Assembly (NCBI GenBank): GCA_036653195.1
Contig: JAVVUJ010000002.1
Location: 1-46,787, forward strand
Reading direction: 5' to 3'
DNA from: Anaerovorax sp.
Lineage (GTDB): Bacteria > Bacillota > Clostridia > Peptostreptococcales > Anaerovoracaceae
Length of the DNA stretch: 46,787 bases
In this document: positions 27,398 to 36,567 of the stretch, piece after piece
How positions within the stretch are numbered: position 1 is the first letter of the stretch
How the letters are laid out: the number at the start of each line of letters is the position of its first letter
Program-made: the position numbers and the translations under genes
The notes under the pieces: generated by a model
Told to the model about the DNA's origin: nothing
Databases searched by the model: none
The model's input: only the letters and a program-made list of their open reading frames with translations

Positions 27398-28226
27398 TTT
27401 ATTGCTGGTAAAAAAAGGATACTTTGAATCTAGGGAACGAGCAAAATCGGCGATTATGGCCGGTGTAGTATTTGTTAACAATCAAATTTCAGATAAAGCA
27501 GGCAATGTGGTAGATATAGAGTCTGAAATTTTTATAAAAGAAAATATTTGCCCCTATGTAAGCCGTGGCGGGTTAAAACTTGAAAAAGCCATGCATACCT
27601 TTGGACTTGATTTGGAAGAGGTGATTGCTATGGATATTGGGGCTTCCACCGGCGGATTTACAGACTGTATGTTAAAACACGGTGCAAAAAAAGTATACTG
27701 CGTGGATGTGGGTTATGGGCAGTTGGATTACAAACTGCGCATAGATGAACGTGTTGTCAATATGGAAAAGGTGAACATTCGCTATGTAGATCCTGATACC
27801 ATTCCTGATAAAATGGATTTTATCAGTATTGATGTTTCCTTTATTTCCTTAAAAATGGTATTGCCTGTTGCAAATCAATTGCTCAGAGAAAAAGGACAAT
27901 TGGTTTGTTTGGTAAAACCTCAGTTTGAAGCCGGCAAAGAGCAAGTGGGTAAAAAGGGCATTGTCAGAGAAAAAAGCATTCATACACAAGTCATTACAAA
28001 GATTGTGAATTTTTGTTTACAAGAAAAATTCAGTATTAACGGATTGACCTTTTCTCCTATGACAGGTGCAAAGGGAAATATTGAGTATTTGCTGCATTTA
28101 AGCAAGGGACCCCTTCCTACCAAGGTACCAATTTGGAGTCCTGATGTACCTGTTTCGGAGGACGTGCGTCTTGCAGACATTGAAAAAGTGGTGGAGGACT
28201 CTCATTTTTCCTTCCATATGAGCTAG
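27381..28226 (+). CDS. tlyA: TlyA-family rRNA 2'-O-methyltransferase (S4 + FtsJ domains)
   Basis: Contains KERLDLLLVKKGYFESRERAKSAIMAG (S4 domain) and DIGASTGGFTDCML (SAM site). Probable TTG start at 27381 (GTG 27372 is also possible), overlapping the dxs end. Confidence 0.88.
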   Translation: MKERLDLLLVKKGYFESRERAKSAIMAGVVFVNNQISDKAGNVVDIESEIFIKENICPYVSRGGLKLEKAMHTFGLDLEEVIAMDIGASTGGFTDCMLKHGAKKVYCVDVGYGQLDYKLRIDERVVNMEKVNIRYVDPDTIPDKMDFISIDVSFISLKMVLPVANQLLREKGQLVCLVKPQFEAGKEQVGKKGIVREKSIHTQVITKIVNFCLQEKFSINGLTFSPMTGAKGNIEYLLHLSKGPLPTKVPIWSPDVPVSEDVRLADIEKVVEDSHFSFHMS

Positions 28227-28348
28227 CGGGCGAAATGAATCCACAAAGTGGATTTGTCGTTATGGAACCGACAAAATAAGTGGAAATACGACTGGAATTT
28301 CAGAATATTCAAAGAATATTTATAAAGAAAAACTTATAGCAGACATTA

Positions 28349-28387
28349 AAAAAGTTAATCCAATTTTAAATTGGATTAATTTTTTTA
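28349..28387 (+). terminator. Rho-independent terminator about 120 nt downstream of tlyA
   Basis: Stem TTAATCCAATT/AATTGGATTAA (11 bp, 3-nt loop), flanked by an A-tract and a T7 tract. Confidence 0.8.
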
Positions 28388-28504
28388 GTTGGCTAGATGA
28401 TTTCGGCTTTTATTGCGAAATATTTTTCCTCGTATTAACATGTAAGAAGAAAATTTCTGCATAAATATCCAAAAAGATTCATAAATTAACTTCTTGTTTT
28501 TTTG

Positions 28505-28533
28505 TTGACTCCATTAAAAAATGATGGTAGAAT
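28505..28533 (+). promoter_or_regulatory. Candidate sigma-A promoter of the rnf operon (extended -10)
   Basis: TTGACT (28505-28510), a 17-nt spacer ending in TGg, then TAGAAT (28528-28533). Confidence 0.6.
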
Positions 28534-28637
28534 TTAACCATTGTAAAAAAACCATTTAGTGTGGTGGTTTTTTGATTTTTGGTGCATACTGCATACAATG
28601 AATAAATATACTAGGAAACTAGGAAAGAGAGTGAGGA

Positions 28638-29945
28638 ATGATGAGGAAAAAACATTTGCCCGGCATTCATGTAGAAGACTATAAAAACACCATGGATTTA
28701 GCGACTGTAAGAATGCCCCTGCCGGAAAGGGTATACATTTCCATGGTACAGCATATTGGAGCGCCATGTCATCCTAATGTGGTGCCGGGTGACTTGGTGA
28801 AAGTGGGCCAGATTATAGGGGACAGCGATGCCCTTTTCAGCGCACCTATCCATTCCAGCGTGTCAGGGAAGGTATTGGCAATTGAGTCCACCATGACACT
28901 GATTGGTATCTGGGATGAAACCATCATTATCGCTCCCGATAAAAAGCAAGAATATTTAGAAGGCCTTGCGCCTCCTGTTATCAATTCTAAAGATGATTTT
29001 ATAAAAGCCGTCAGAGATTCAGGAATGGTAGGCTTGGGCGGTGCTGCGTTTCCTACCCATGTGAAGTATAATCCCAAGAATTTAGATGAAGTGGATATAC
29101 TCATTATTAATGGAGCCGAATGTGAACCATTTATCACTTCCGATTACAGAACCATGATGGAGGCTACAGATTACGTAATTGGTGGCATTGAGAAAACCAT
29201 GAAGTATTTGGATTTAAAAAAATGTTATATAGGTATTGAAAGAAACAAACCAAAGGCCATTGAAAAATTTAGAGAAATGCTTGTGGACTCTCCTGAGATA
29301 GAAGTGGTTCAGCTTGAGGAAAAATATCCGCAAGGTGCTGAACGTGTACTCATTTATGAAACCACGGGTAAAGTGTTGCCGCCGGGAAAACTTCCTGCGG
29401 ATATTGGTGTCATCGTCTCAAATGTGTCCTCTGTGGCCATGATTGAAAAATACATTAGAACGGGGAAACCATTGGTTTCTAAACGCATTACTGTAGATGG
29501 GAATGCTGTGAGGACACCTAAAAATTTGAGAGCACTCATTGGGACACCTATCACAGATATTATCGCTTTTTGTGATGGATATAAGAAAATACCTCGAAAA
29601 ATACTCATGGGTGGCCCTATGATGGGTAGAGCCCTTTACGATGACGACAAAGGGATTATCAAGAACAACAATGCCATTTTAGCTTTTGATGAAGACTGGG
29701 CAATCCTTCCTTCGGAAACCGATTGCATCAACTGCGGTCGATGTGTAAAGGCCTGTCCTGTACACTTAATGCCAACTTCTATCTTTAAGGCTTACAAAAG
29801 CAGAGATGTGGACAATTTAAAAAAATTGAACGTGACCATTTGCATGGAATGCGGGTGTTGTTCCTATGTATGTCCGGCAAAAAAACAATTAAGCTTTATC
29901 AATAAACTGGCCAAGAATTTAGTGAAGGAAGGAGGACAAAAATAA
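28638..29945 (+). CDS. rnfC: Rnf complex subunit C (NADH-binding, 2x[4Fe-4S])
   Basis: GLGGAAFPTHVKY, INGAECEPFITSD, CINCGRCVKACP and CMECGCCSYVCP. Confidence 0.95.
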   Translation: MMRKKHLPGIHVEDYKNTMDLATVRMPLPERVYISMVQHIGAPCHPNVVPGDLVKVGQIIGDSDALFSAPIHSSVSGKVLAIESTMTLIGIWDETIIIAPDKKQEYLEGLAPPVINSKDDFIKAVRDSGMVGLGGAAFPTHVKYNPKNLDEVDILIINGAECEPFITSDYRTMMEATDYVIGGIEKTMKYLDLKKCYIGIERNKPKAIEKFREMLVDSPEIEVVQLEEKYPQGAERVLIYETTGKVLPPGKLPADIGVIVSNVSSVAMIEKYIRTGKPLVSKRITVDGNAVRTPKNLRALIGTPITDIIAFCDGYKKIPRKILMGGPMMGRALYDDDKGIIKNNNAILAFDEDWAILPSETDCINCGRCVKACPVHLMPTSIFKAYKSRDVDNLKKLNVTICMECGCCSYVCPAKKQLSFINKLAKNLVKEGGQK

Positions 29946-30901
29946 TGCGTGGATATAACCAAGGGAACTTAATCGTTACTTCATCGCCTCATATTATAGA
30001 CGATATTACCACATCCCGAATTATGTTGGACGTGGTCATTGCACTAACGCCTGCATTTATTATGTCGGGTGTCGTCTTTGGTCCTAGAGCAATCCTGCTC
30101 ACCATTACTTGTGTATGTGCCTGTGTGGCTTTTGAAGCGTTGTTTCAGTACATTGCAAAGAAAACAATCACGGTCACAGACTTAAGTGCCGTGGTAACCG
30201 GTATGTTACTGGCTTTTAATTTGCCCTCGAATTTACCTTATTGGATGGCTGTAATTGGAAGTTTTGTGGCTATTGTAGTTGTAAAACAGTTGTTTGGTGG
30301 CATTGGACAAAATTTTGTTAATCCGGCCATTACTGCCAGAATTGTATTATTGATTTCTTTTTCTACACAAATGACTACATGGCCATTACCGCAGCGAATT
30401 TTATCTGCACCTGATGCTGTGACAGGCGCTACCCCACTGGGCATCATGAATATGGGGGGAGACTTGACGACCTTGCCAAGTAACTTAGATATGTTTTTAG
30501 GATTTATAGGTGGCTCTTTGGGAGAAACAAGTGCCATTGCACTGCTTATTGGTGGCATCTATCTTTTAGTGAAAAAAGTCATCGAACCTGCGATACCGGT
30601 AGCCTTTATCGGAACAGTAGCGGTGATTGCTATTTTAGCAGGTCAAGATCCGATTTTTCATATTTGTGCAGGAGGCGTTATGTTGGGTGCCTTTTTCATG
30701 GCTACTGATTATTCCACATCGCCTATTACAACTTCAGGAAGAGTTGTGTTTGGAATCGGCTGTGGGTTGTTGACTATGATGATTCGGTTGTTTGGATCAT
30801 ACCCGGAGGGCGTATCCTTTGCGATTTTGTTTATGAACATTCTGACACCACATATTGACAATCTTTCCAGAAGAAAACTTTATGGAGGTGCAAAAAAATG
30901 A
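29945..30901 (+). CDS. rnfD: Rnf complex subunit D
   Basis: Polytopic NqrB/RnfD-type protein. SSPHI start region, DAVTGATPL and ATDYSTSP. The ATG overlaps the rnfC TAA by 1 nt. Confidence 0.95.
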   Translation: MRGYNQGNLIVTSSPHIIDDITTSRIMLDVVIALTPAFIMSGVVFGPRAILLTITCVCACVAFEALFQYIAKKTITVTDLSAVVTGMLLAFNLPSNLPYWMAVIGSFVAIVVVKQLFGGIGQNFVNPAITARIVLLISFSTQMTTWPLPQRILSAPDAVTGATPLGIMNMGGDLTTLPSNLDMFLGFIGGSLGETSAIALLIGGIYLLVKKVIEPAIPVAFIGTVAVIAILAGQDPIFHICAGGVMLGAFFMATDYSTSPITTSGRVVFGIGCGLLTMMIRLFGSYPEGVSFAILFMNILTPHIDNLSRRKLYGGAKK

Positions 30902-31479
30902 AAAAAAATGGAGTAAAAGAGTATTTGGCACCGGCATTGACCTTGATCATCATTTGTTTTGTGGTGACAGCAGCGTTGGTAGCTACTTTTGAAGTGACGA
31001 AACCTATCATTGCAGATTTAAGTAAAAAAAATGCGGATATCGCTCGTGCGGAAGTGCTTCCGTCAGGATCCGATGGATTTACGGATGTCTTAACCGATTT
31101 GATGAAAAAAGATCCAGCATCCATTGAGGAGGGGATAGAGGAAGTTTATAAGGCAAACAATGACTCCGGTTTTGTGGTTACATCCACAGATAAAGGCTTC
31201 GGAGGAAAAATTACCGTTATGGTAGGGATTGATAGCCAAGGAAAAATGACAGGCGTCAAAGTGACCGCCCATACGGAAACACCGGGACTTGGAACAAAAG
31301 CCATGACGCCCGAGTTCTTAAAACAATATGTAGGTCAAGAAAAAATTTCCAATACAGAGTCTTCGGAAGGGACCAAAATAAATGCCATTACCGGTGCTAC
31401 AGTTACATCAAATGCTGTATTCCGAGCTGTAGACAAAGCGCTGGCACAATATGAATGCTTAGGAGGTGCAATTTCATGA
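30898..31479 (+). CDS. rnfG: Rnf complex subunit G (FMN-binding)
   Basis: N-terminal TM segment, HTETPGLG, and the covalent-FMN motif ITGATVTSNAV. ATGA overlap with rnfD. Confidence 0.93.
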   Translation: MKKNGVKEYLAPALTLIIICFVVTAALVATFEVTKPIIADLSKKNADIARAEVLPSGSDGFTDVLTDLMKKDPASIEEGIEEVYKANNDSGFVVTSTDKGFGGKITVMVGIDSQGKMTGVKVTAHTETPGLGTKAMTPEFLKQYVGQEKISNTESSEGTKINAITGATVTSNAVFRAVDKALAQYECLGGAIS

Positions 31480-32153
31480 ATAAAAAAACCACTTTGCTCT
31501 TTAACGGAATTGTAAAAGAAAACCCCACATTGGTTTTGCTTCTTGGAACTTGTCCAACCCTTGCAGTTACCACCATGGCTGTGAATGGTTTGGGTATGGG
31601 TGTGTCCACTATGGTGGTTCTCATCTGTTCCAATGTAGCCATCGCACTTTTAAAGAATGTGATTCCGGATAAGGTGAGAATCCCTTGTTATATTGTAATC
31701 ATTGCAGGATTTGTAACCATAGTTGGTTTCCTGCTTAAAGCTTATCTTCCTCAAATTGACGAAGCGCTGGGTTTATTTATTCCTTTGATTGTTGTAAACT
31801 GTATTATTCTTGGGCGTGCAGAGATGTTTGCCAGTAAAAATTCAGTAGTAGATGCAGCCTTTGACGGAATCGGAATGGGGCTTGGGTTTACTGCAGCTTT
31901 GTTTATCATGGGATCCATTAGAGAAATTTTAGGATCAGGTGCTTGGATGGGAATCAACTTAACGGCAGATATCATTCCGCCTATGTCTATTTTTATGTTA
32001 GCACCCGGTGCCTTCTTTGTATTCGGTTGTTTAGTGGCACTGATCAATTTTGTGTCTAAAGGAAGAGCTATCAAGAAAAAGGAAATGGGTTGTGATGGTT
32101 GTCCTTCGGCTGCTTCTTGTGGTCAAGCAGGGGAAGGAGGTTGTCATTCATGA
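31476..32153 (+). CDS. rnfE: Rnf complex subunit E (with Cys-rich C-terminal tail)
   Basis: AGGAGGTG lies 7 nt before ATG 31476. NGIVKENPTLVLLLGTCPTLAVT and LIVVNCIILGRAE are NqrD/RnfE motifs. The tail is MGCDGCPSAASCGQAGEGGCHS. Confidence 0.93.
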   Translation: MNKKTTLLFNGIVKENPTLVLLLGTCPTLAVTTMAVNGLGMGVSTMVVLICSNVAIALLKNVIPDKVRIPCYIVIIAGFVTIVGFLLKAYLPQIDEALGLFIPLIVVNCIILGRAEMFASKNSVVDAAFDGIGMGLGFTAALFIMGSIREILGSGAWMGINLTADIIPPMSIFMLAPGAFFVFGCLVALINFVSKGRAIKKKEMGCDGCPSAASCGQAGEGGCHS

Positions 32154-32743
32154 GAGAAATGCTGATTATTCTAACCAGTGTAATTCTGGTAGATAACTTT
32201 GTATTAGTAAAGTTTTTGGGAATTTGCCCATTTTTAGGAGTTTCTAAAAAGTTAGACTCGGCCGTTGGTATGAGTTGTGCGGTCATCTTTGTATTGGTCA
32301 TCGCCACTGCTGCCACATATCCAATATATACCATGCTATTGGTACCCAATCAGCTTGAATACCTTCAGACAATTGTATTCATACTGGTCATTGCAGCTTT
32401 GGTGCAATTGGTAGAGACTGCGCTGAAAAAATACTTGCCGGCGCTTCATAGAACCTTAGGCGTTTATTTACCCCTTATTACGACAAATTGTGCCGTATTA
32501 GGTGCTTGTATTCTAAATATTGACGAAGGCTATACGTATATGCAGTCATTGGCAAATGCACTGGGCGCAGGTCTGGGCTTTATGTTAGCCATGGTTCTTT
32601 TTGCAGGTGTCAGGCAGAGAATTGAGCATAGTGAAATTCCAGGTCCTTTCAAAGGCATTCCGTCAATTCTTATAGCAGCTTCTATTGTATCCATGTCCTT
32701 TATGGGATTTAGCGGTATCATAGATGGCATTTTCGGATTGTAG
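32150..32743 (+). CDS. rnfA: Rnf complex subunit A
   Basis: GGAAGGAGG upstream and ATGA overlap with rnfE. NFVLVKFLGICPFLGVS and PLITTNCAVLG are NqrE/RnfA motifs. Confidence 0.95.
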   Translation: MREMLIILTSVILVDNFVLVKFLGICPFLGVSKKLDSAVGMSCAVIFVLVIATAATYPIYTMLLVPNQLEYLQTIVFILVIAALVQLVETALKKYLPALHRTLGVYLPLITTNCAVLGACILNIDEGYTYMQSLANALGAGLGFMLAMVLFAGVRQRIEHSEIPGPFKGIPSILIAASIVSMSFMGFSGIIDGIFGL

Positions 32744-32754
32744 GAGGGGTTAGA

Positions 32755-33567
32755 ATGGAACGATATATAATACCCATAGTGATTGTTGTTGGAATTGGAC
32801 TGGTAGCCGGCGTTATCCTTACGTTGGCAGCAAAATTTATGGCAGTAAAAGAAAACGAACTGGCTAAAAAGGTGAGAGACGTTTTGCCCGGCGCCAATTG
32901 CGGTGCCTGTGGTTATCCGGGTTGCGATGAATATGCCAAAGTCATAGCAGAAGATCATACCGTAAAGCCAAATCTCTGCACCCCCGGCGGTAGCGTGGTA
33001 GCCAAGGAAATCAGTGAAGTATTGGGCATTGATTTTGAAAGCGTAGAAGGAAAGATTGCCATATTGAAATGTGCCGGTTCTCGTGAAAAGACAAACTATG
33101 TTATGGATTATCAGGGATTTCAATCTTGTAGTGCAAACAAATTGTTTTACAATGGTAGAGGTGCTTGCGATAAAGGCTGTTTGGGATTTGGTGATTGCGC
33201 CCTTGTTTGTGATTATGATGCCATTACTGTAGAAAATGGTATTGCCGTTATTGATAAGAATCGATGTATCGGTTGTGGCGTATGTATGAAGGTTTGTCCA
33301 AATCAACTGATTGAACTTGTCCCCAGTGATACACGAGTAATGTTGCGATGCAGTTCTCACGAAGGGGCAGGAGATACGAGAAAGAAATGTAAAATCGGTT
33401 GCGTTGCCTGTAAACTTTGCATTGATCAATGTAAATTTGATGCAATCAAAATGGTAGATAATTTGGCTGTGATTGATTACGAAAAGTGTAAAAACTGTGG
33501 ATTATGTGCCAAAGTTTGTCCAAGAGGTGTCATTAAAGTATTGCCAAGGCAAAAAAAGATTAAGTAG
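32755..33567 (+). CDS. rnfB: Rnf complex subunit B (polyferredoxin)
   Basis: N-terminal TM segment, the CGACGYPGCDEYA cluster, and several CxxCxxCxxxCP motifs (CIGCGVCMKVCP, CKNCGLCAKVCP). Confidence 0.95.
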   Translation: MERYIIPIVIVVGIGLVAGVILTLAAKFMAVKENELAKKVRDVLPGANCGACGYPGCDEYAKVIAEDHTVKPNLCTPGGSVVAKEISEVLGIDFESVEGKIAILKCAGSREKTNYVMDYQGFQSCSANKLFYNGRGACDKGCLGFGDCALVCDYDAITVENGIAVIDKNRCIGCGVCMKVCPNQLIELVPSDTRVMLRCSSHEGAGDTRKKCKIGCVACKLCIDQCKFDAIKMVDNLAVIDYEKCKNCGLCAKVCPRGVIKVLPRQKKIK

Positions 33568-33623
33568 TAGAAATGAATTTGTTTTAAAATGACACGGTTC
33601 TTTTAGGCACTCTGTCATGGTAT

Positions 33624-33675
33624 GAAAAAAAGCCATTGGAATGATCTTACCAGATTGTTTCAATGGCTTTTTTCT
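33624..33675. terminator. Bidirectional rho-independent terminator between convergent rnfB and the minus-strand orphan gene
   Basis: AAAAAAAGCCATTG ... CAATGGCTTTTTTC: a GC-containing 8-bp core flanked by an A-tract and a T-tract. Confidence 0.75.
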
Positions 33676-33752
33676 GCGGTTATTACGTTAGAGGGCGCAA
33701 TTTACGGTAGGCCAAAATAGAAAGCAAAATTCCCAATGAATCTATTTTAAAG

Positions 33753-34397
33753 TTAATATTCTAAAAGCTTGATTGTTTTAATGTACGGCTGATCAATCAC
33801 ACGACAACTTATGGTAATTTTTTTAGGAGAACCATCTTCACTCAGGCGGGAGGTATCAAAAGGTTCAATATATACCCATCGATTGTTTACAATGCCTATA
33901 AATCCACCCCATACGGTACCAACGGGACAATTTTCATAGCATAGGTAAATTTCCTTGGCATATTTGTGAATGTTGTCGGTTTCAAAATTAAATTTTTCGC
34001 CTTTAGACTGGTTTAGAATGGCGGTGATGGCTTCGCAAAAACGGTCTGTTTCGATGATATTGAGATTATCCACATATACGCCGGTAAGTTTTCCGTGTTG
34101 TGGAACTTGATAATCTTCCTTTACAAACAGTATTTGATCTGAAAAGGATCTTGCTGCTACGAAACAGTGCGACGGGTCATCCTCTATAGCGTTAACTTCC
34201 CAGTTCTTATCGGCTGTTTTTCCGATGGTTTTTGATTCGTGATATTTCCCAGAAATGGGAATGTAGACAGCATCTTTAAAAAAAAGCTTGCCGTCCTGAT
34301 AGACTGCAGTTCTGTTTGCAGAAAAATAAAATCCAAGGAATACAACAACGACCGTGATAAGCATCGTCATTAAAATTAAGAAAGATCGTTTCCTCAT
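33753..34397 (-). CDS. Hypothetical membrane-anchored protein (no recognisable family)
   Basis: GGGAGGTG lies 10 nt before ATG 34397. MRKRSFLILMTMLITVVVVFLGFYF forms a signal anchor, and the ~185-aa extracytoplasmic part contains no motif I recognise. Second of only two minus-strand genes. Confidence 0.6.
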   Translation of the reverse strand: MRKRSFLILMTMLITVVVVFLGFYFSANRTAVYQDGKLFFKDAVYIPISGKYHESKTIGKTADKNWEVNAIEDDPSHCFVAARSFSDQILFVKEDYQVPQHGKLTGVYVDNLNIIETDRFCEAITAILNQSKGEKFNFETDNIHKYAKEIYLCYENCPVGTVWGGFIGIVNNRWVYIEPFDTSRLSEDGSPKKITISCRVIDQPYIKTIKLLEY

Positions 34398-34586
34398 AGT
34401 CAATAGACACCTCCCAATTATAAAAACAGAATCCAACCGCCTGTTGGTGGTAATTGTACCATAAATCACCTTAAGAATAAATAAAAAATTGAATTTTCAG
34501 ATAAGGATTTTTTTTTCGTAGAAATCCGGATAGTGGTTTTTTGTTTAAGATTATGATAGAATAAACACACAGAATAAGGAGAAAGG

Positions 34587-35918
34587 ATGAAATTATTCAT
34601 GAACAAAACATTTCATATAAAAACATTTGGATGTCAAATGAACGAGCACGATTCGGAAACCTTAGCGGGCATATTGGAAAACCTGGGATATGCTGAAAGT
34701 ACAGACAAAGATTCTTCTGATATTGTGTTGATCAATACTTGTAGCGTGAGGGATAACGCAGATAAGCGTTTTTTTGGGACATTAGGAGCGTTAAAGCAGG
34801 AAAAAGTGAAGAATCCGCAAATGGTTGTGGCAATCTGTGGTTGTATGATGCAGCAACCCCATATTATAGAGACTATTAAGAAAAAATATCCGTGGGTGGA
34901 TTTAATCTTTGGTACTCATAATATTCACGAATTCCCCAAACTTTTGACAGATTCTCTCAATGCTAAGAATAAGGTCATTGATGTGTGGGAAGATGGCGGA
35001 GATATCGTCGAAGGGCTTCCTGCTAAGAGATTATACCCTTTTAAAGCGTTGGTGAACATTATGTACGGCTGCAACAACTTTTGTACGTATTGTATCGTTC
35101 CTTATACAAGAGGGCGGGAGCGCAGTCGCCACCCAGAAGAAATACTGAAGGAAGTGACCAAACTGGCTGCGTCAGGCACCAAAGAAATCACACTTTTAGG
35201 TCAAAATGTAAATTCCTATGGCAATGGTTCAGGGTTTGGTATGGACTTTGCCGATTTAATTTATAGATTAAATGAAATAGATGGCTTGGAGAGAATTCGT
35301 TTTATGACGTCCCATCCAAAGGATTTATCGGATAAATTGATACAAGCGTATGTGGATTGTGACAAACTTTCCAACTACATACATTTGCCGGTTCAATCAG
35401 GCAGTACGCTGGTTTTAAATCGGATGAATCGGAAATATTCCAGGGCAGATTATGAGGAAATTATTGATAAATTAAAGACGGCTGTACCTGAAATTGCAAT
35501 TACTACAGACATTATCGTAGGATTTCCAGGGGAGACAGAATCAGATTTTATGGAAACCATAAATTTGGTTCAAAAAGTACAGTTTGATTCTGCGTTTACC
35601 TTTCTATACTCTGTGAGAAAGGGGACACCTGCAGAAGCGTATGAAGATCAGACACCTGAAGATGTGAAACATGAGCGCTTTAATCGCCTTGTGAATTGCT
35701 TAAACGAAATTACGGCAAAAAAGAATTTGGCTTGTGAAGGAAAAATTGAAAAGGTATTGGTAGAAAGCATTAGTAAAAAAAATACGCAATTATATTCGGG
35801 TAAAACAGAATCTATGAAAACCGTAAATTTCCCGGGAAAGGAGGAGATGATAGGGAATATTGTACAAGTGAAAATTACAAAGGGACAGACTTTTAGCTTG
35901 ACAGGAGAGCCTGTTTAG
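34587..35918 (+). CDS. miaB: tRNA-2-methylthio-N6-dimethylallyladenosine synthase (radical SAM methylthiotransferase)
   Basis: IKTFGCQMNEHDSE (UPF0004 cluster), radical-SAM CNNFCTYCIVP, and a TRAM C-terminus. The start could be 34587 or 34599. Confidence 0.95.
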   Translation: MKLFMNKTFHIKTFGCQMNEHDSETLAGILENLGYAESTDKDSSDIVLINTCSVRDNADKRFFGTLGALKQEKVKNPQMVVAICGCMMQQPHIIETIKKKYPWVDLIFGTHNIHEFPKLLTDSLNAKNKVIDVWEDGGDIVEGLPAKRLYPFKALVNIMYGCNNFCTYCIVPYTRGRERSRHPEEILKEVTKLAASGTKEITLLGQNVNSYGNGSGFGMDFADLIYRLNEIDGLERIRFMTSHPKDLSDKLIQAYVDCDKLSNYIHLPVQSGSTLVLNRMNRKYSRADYEEIIDKLKTAVPEIAITTDIIVGFPGETESDFMETINLVQKVQFDSAFTFLYSVRKGTPAEAYEDQTPEDVKHERFNRLVNCLNEITAKKNLACEGKIEKVLVESISKKNTQLYSGKTESMKTVNFPGKEEMIGNIVQVKITKGQTFSLTGEPV

Positions 35919-36035
35919 TCCCGTGGATCAAAAAAAACCTTGTGCCCCTTTGGTTCATAGGTGAAAATTTTGGATGTTTTATCAATTGGGATCAAAAATA
36001 AAAAAACTTTTTCATATTCATATATCTTTAAAAGG

Positions 36036-36075
36036 CCGCATATAGATAACGTAGGTTATTTATATGTGGTTTTTT
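36036..36075 (+). terminator. Rho-independent terminator of miaB
   Basis: 15-bp stem CCGCATATAGATAAC/GTTATTTATATGTGG (two G-U pairs) with loop GTAG, followed by a T6 tract. Confidence 0.85.
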
Positions 36076-36168
36076 CTTGAAACCATTTATGACTATAGTA
36101 GGTATCATCCAGACAGTTGATTTTTATTCCCATCTATTTTTAATGGGAATTTTTAGGAGGTATAATTT

Positions 36169-36552
36169 ATGTCAAGGGGCTTTATTACGGCGCAAGTCAT
36201 TACATCGAGAAGTGCAATCCCTATTGAAGATGCAACACTGACGGTTACCCAATTTGATGGAGACGGAGAACGATTAAAAGGATTTCGAACAACCAATAGA
36301 GAGGGGTTGACCACGCCTATTGAGATTGAAACACCAGATGTTAATTTATCCTTGCGTCCTTCGGTATTAAAACCATTCACCTCGTGTAATTTGAAAGTGT
36401 ATCATCCTAATTATTACACATTGCTTGTTGAAAATGCGCAGGTGTTTCCGGGGGAAACCAGTCTTGAAATTGCAGAATTAATTCCTTTAAAAGAATTTGA
36501 AAGCAAAGAAAACAGCACCATTCTGGTAGACGTTATTCCACAAAATTTATAG
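36169..36552 (+). CDS. SleC N-terminal prodomain-like protein (carboxypeptidase-regulatory-like beta-sandwich), encoded as a separate ORF
   Basis: AGGAGG lies 8 nt upstream. RGFITAQVITSRSAIPIEDATLTV ... TPDVNLSLRPSVLKPFTSCNLKVYHPNYYTLLVENAQVF resembles the pre/pro region of clostridial SleC as I recall it. Ends at TAG 36550-36552. Confidence 0.6.
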   Translation: MSRGFITAQVITSRSAIPIEDATLTVTQFDGDGERLKGFRTTNREGLTTPIEIETPDVNLSLRPSVLKPFTSCNLKVYHPNYYTLLVENAQVFPGETSLEIAELIPLKEFESKENSTILVDVIPQNL

Positions 36553-36567
36553 AGGAGGGGGGATTTT

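Noticed and set aside
28495-28525. A Rex operator in the rnf promoter (TTGTTGACTCCATTAAAAA against TTGTTAA-N4-TTAACAA).
   Set aside because: The half-sites align only with a 5-nt spacer and with a mismatch in each half. The match is too weak to call without a PWM score.
32530-33429. 299-aa ORF on the minus strand opposite rnfA/rnfB.
   Set aside because: It is entirely antisense to two well-supported rnf genes. It has no SD, and its composition is odd (rich in Thr, Asn, Ile, Cys and Phe), as expected from reading an Fe-S protein gene backwards.
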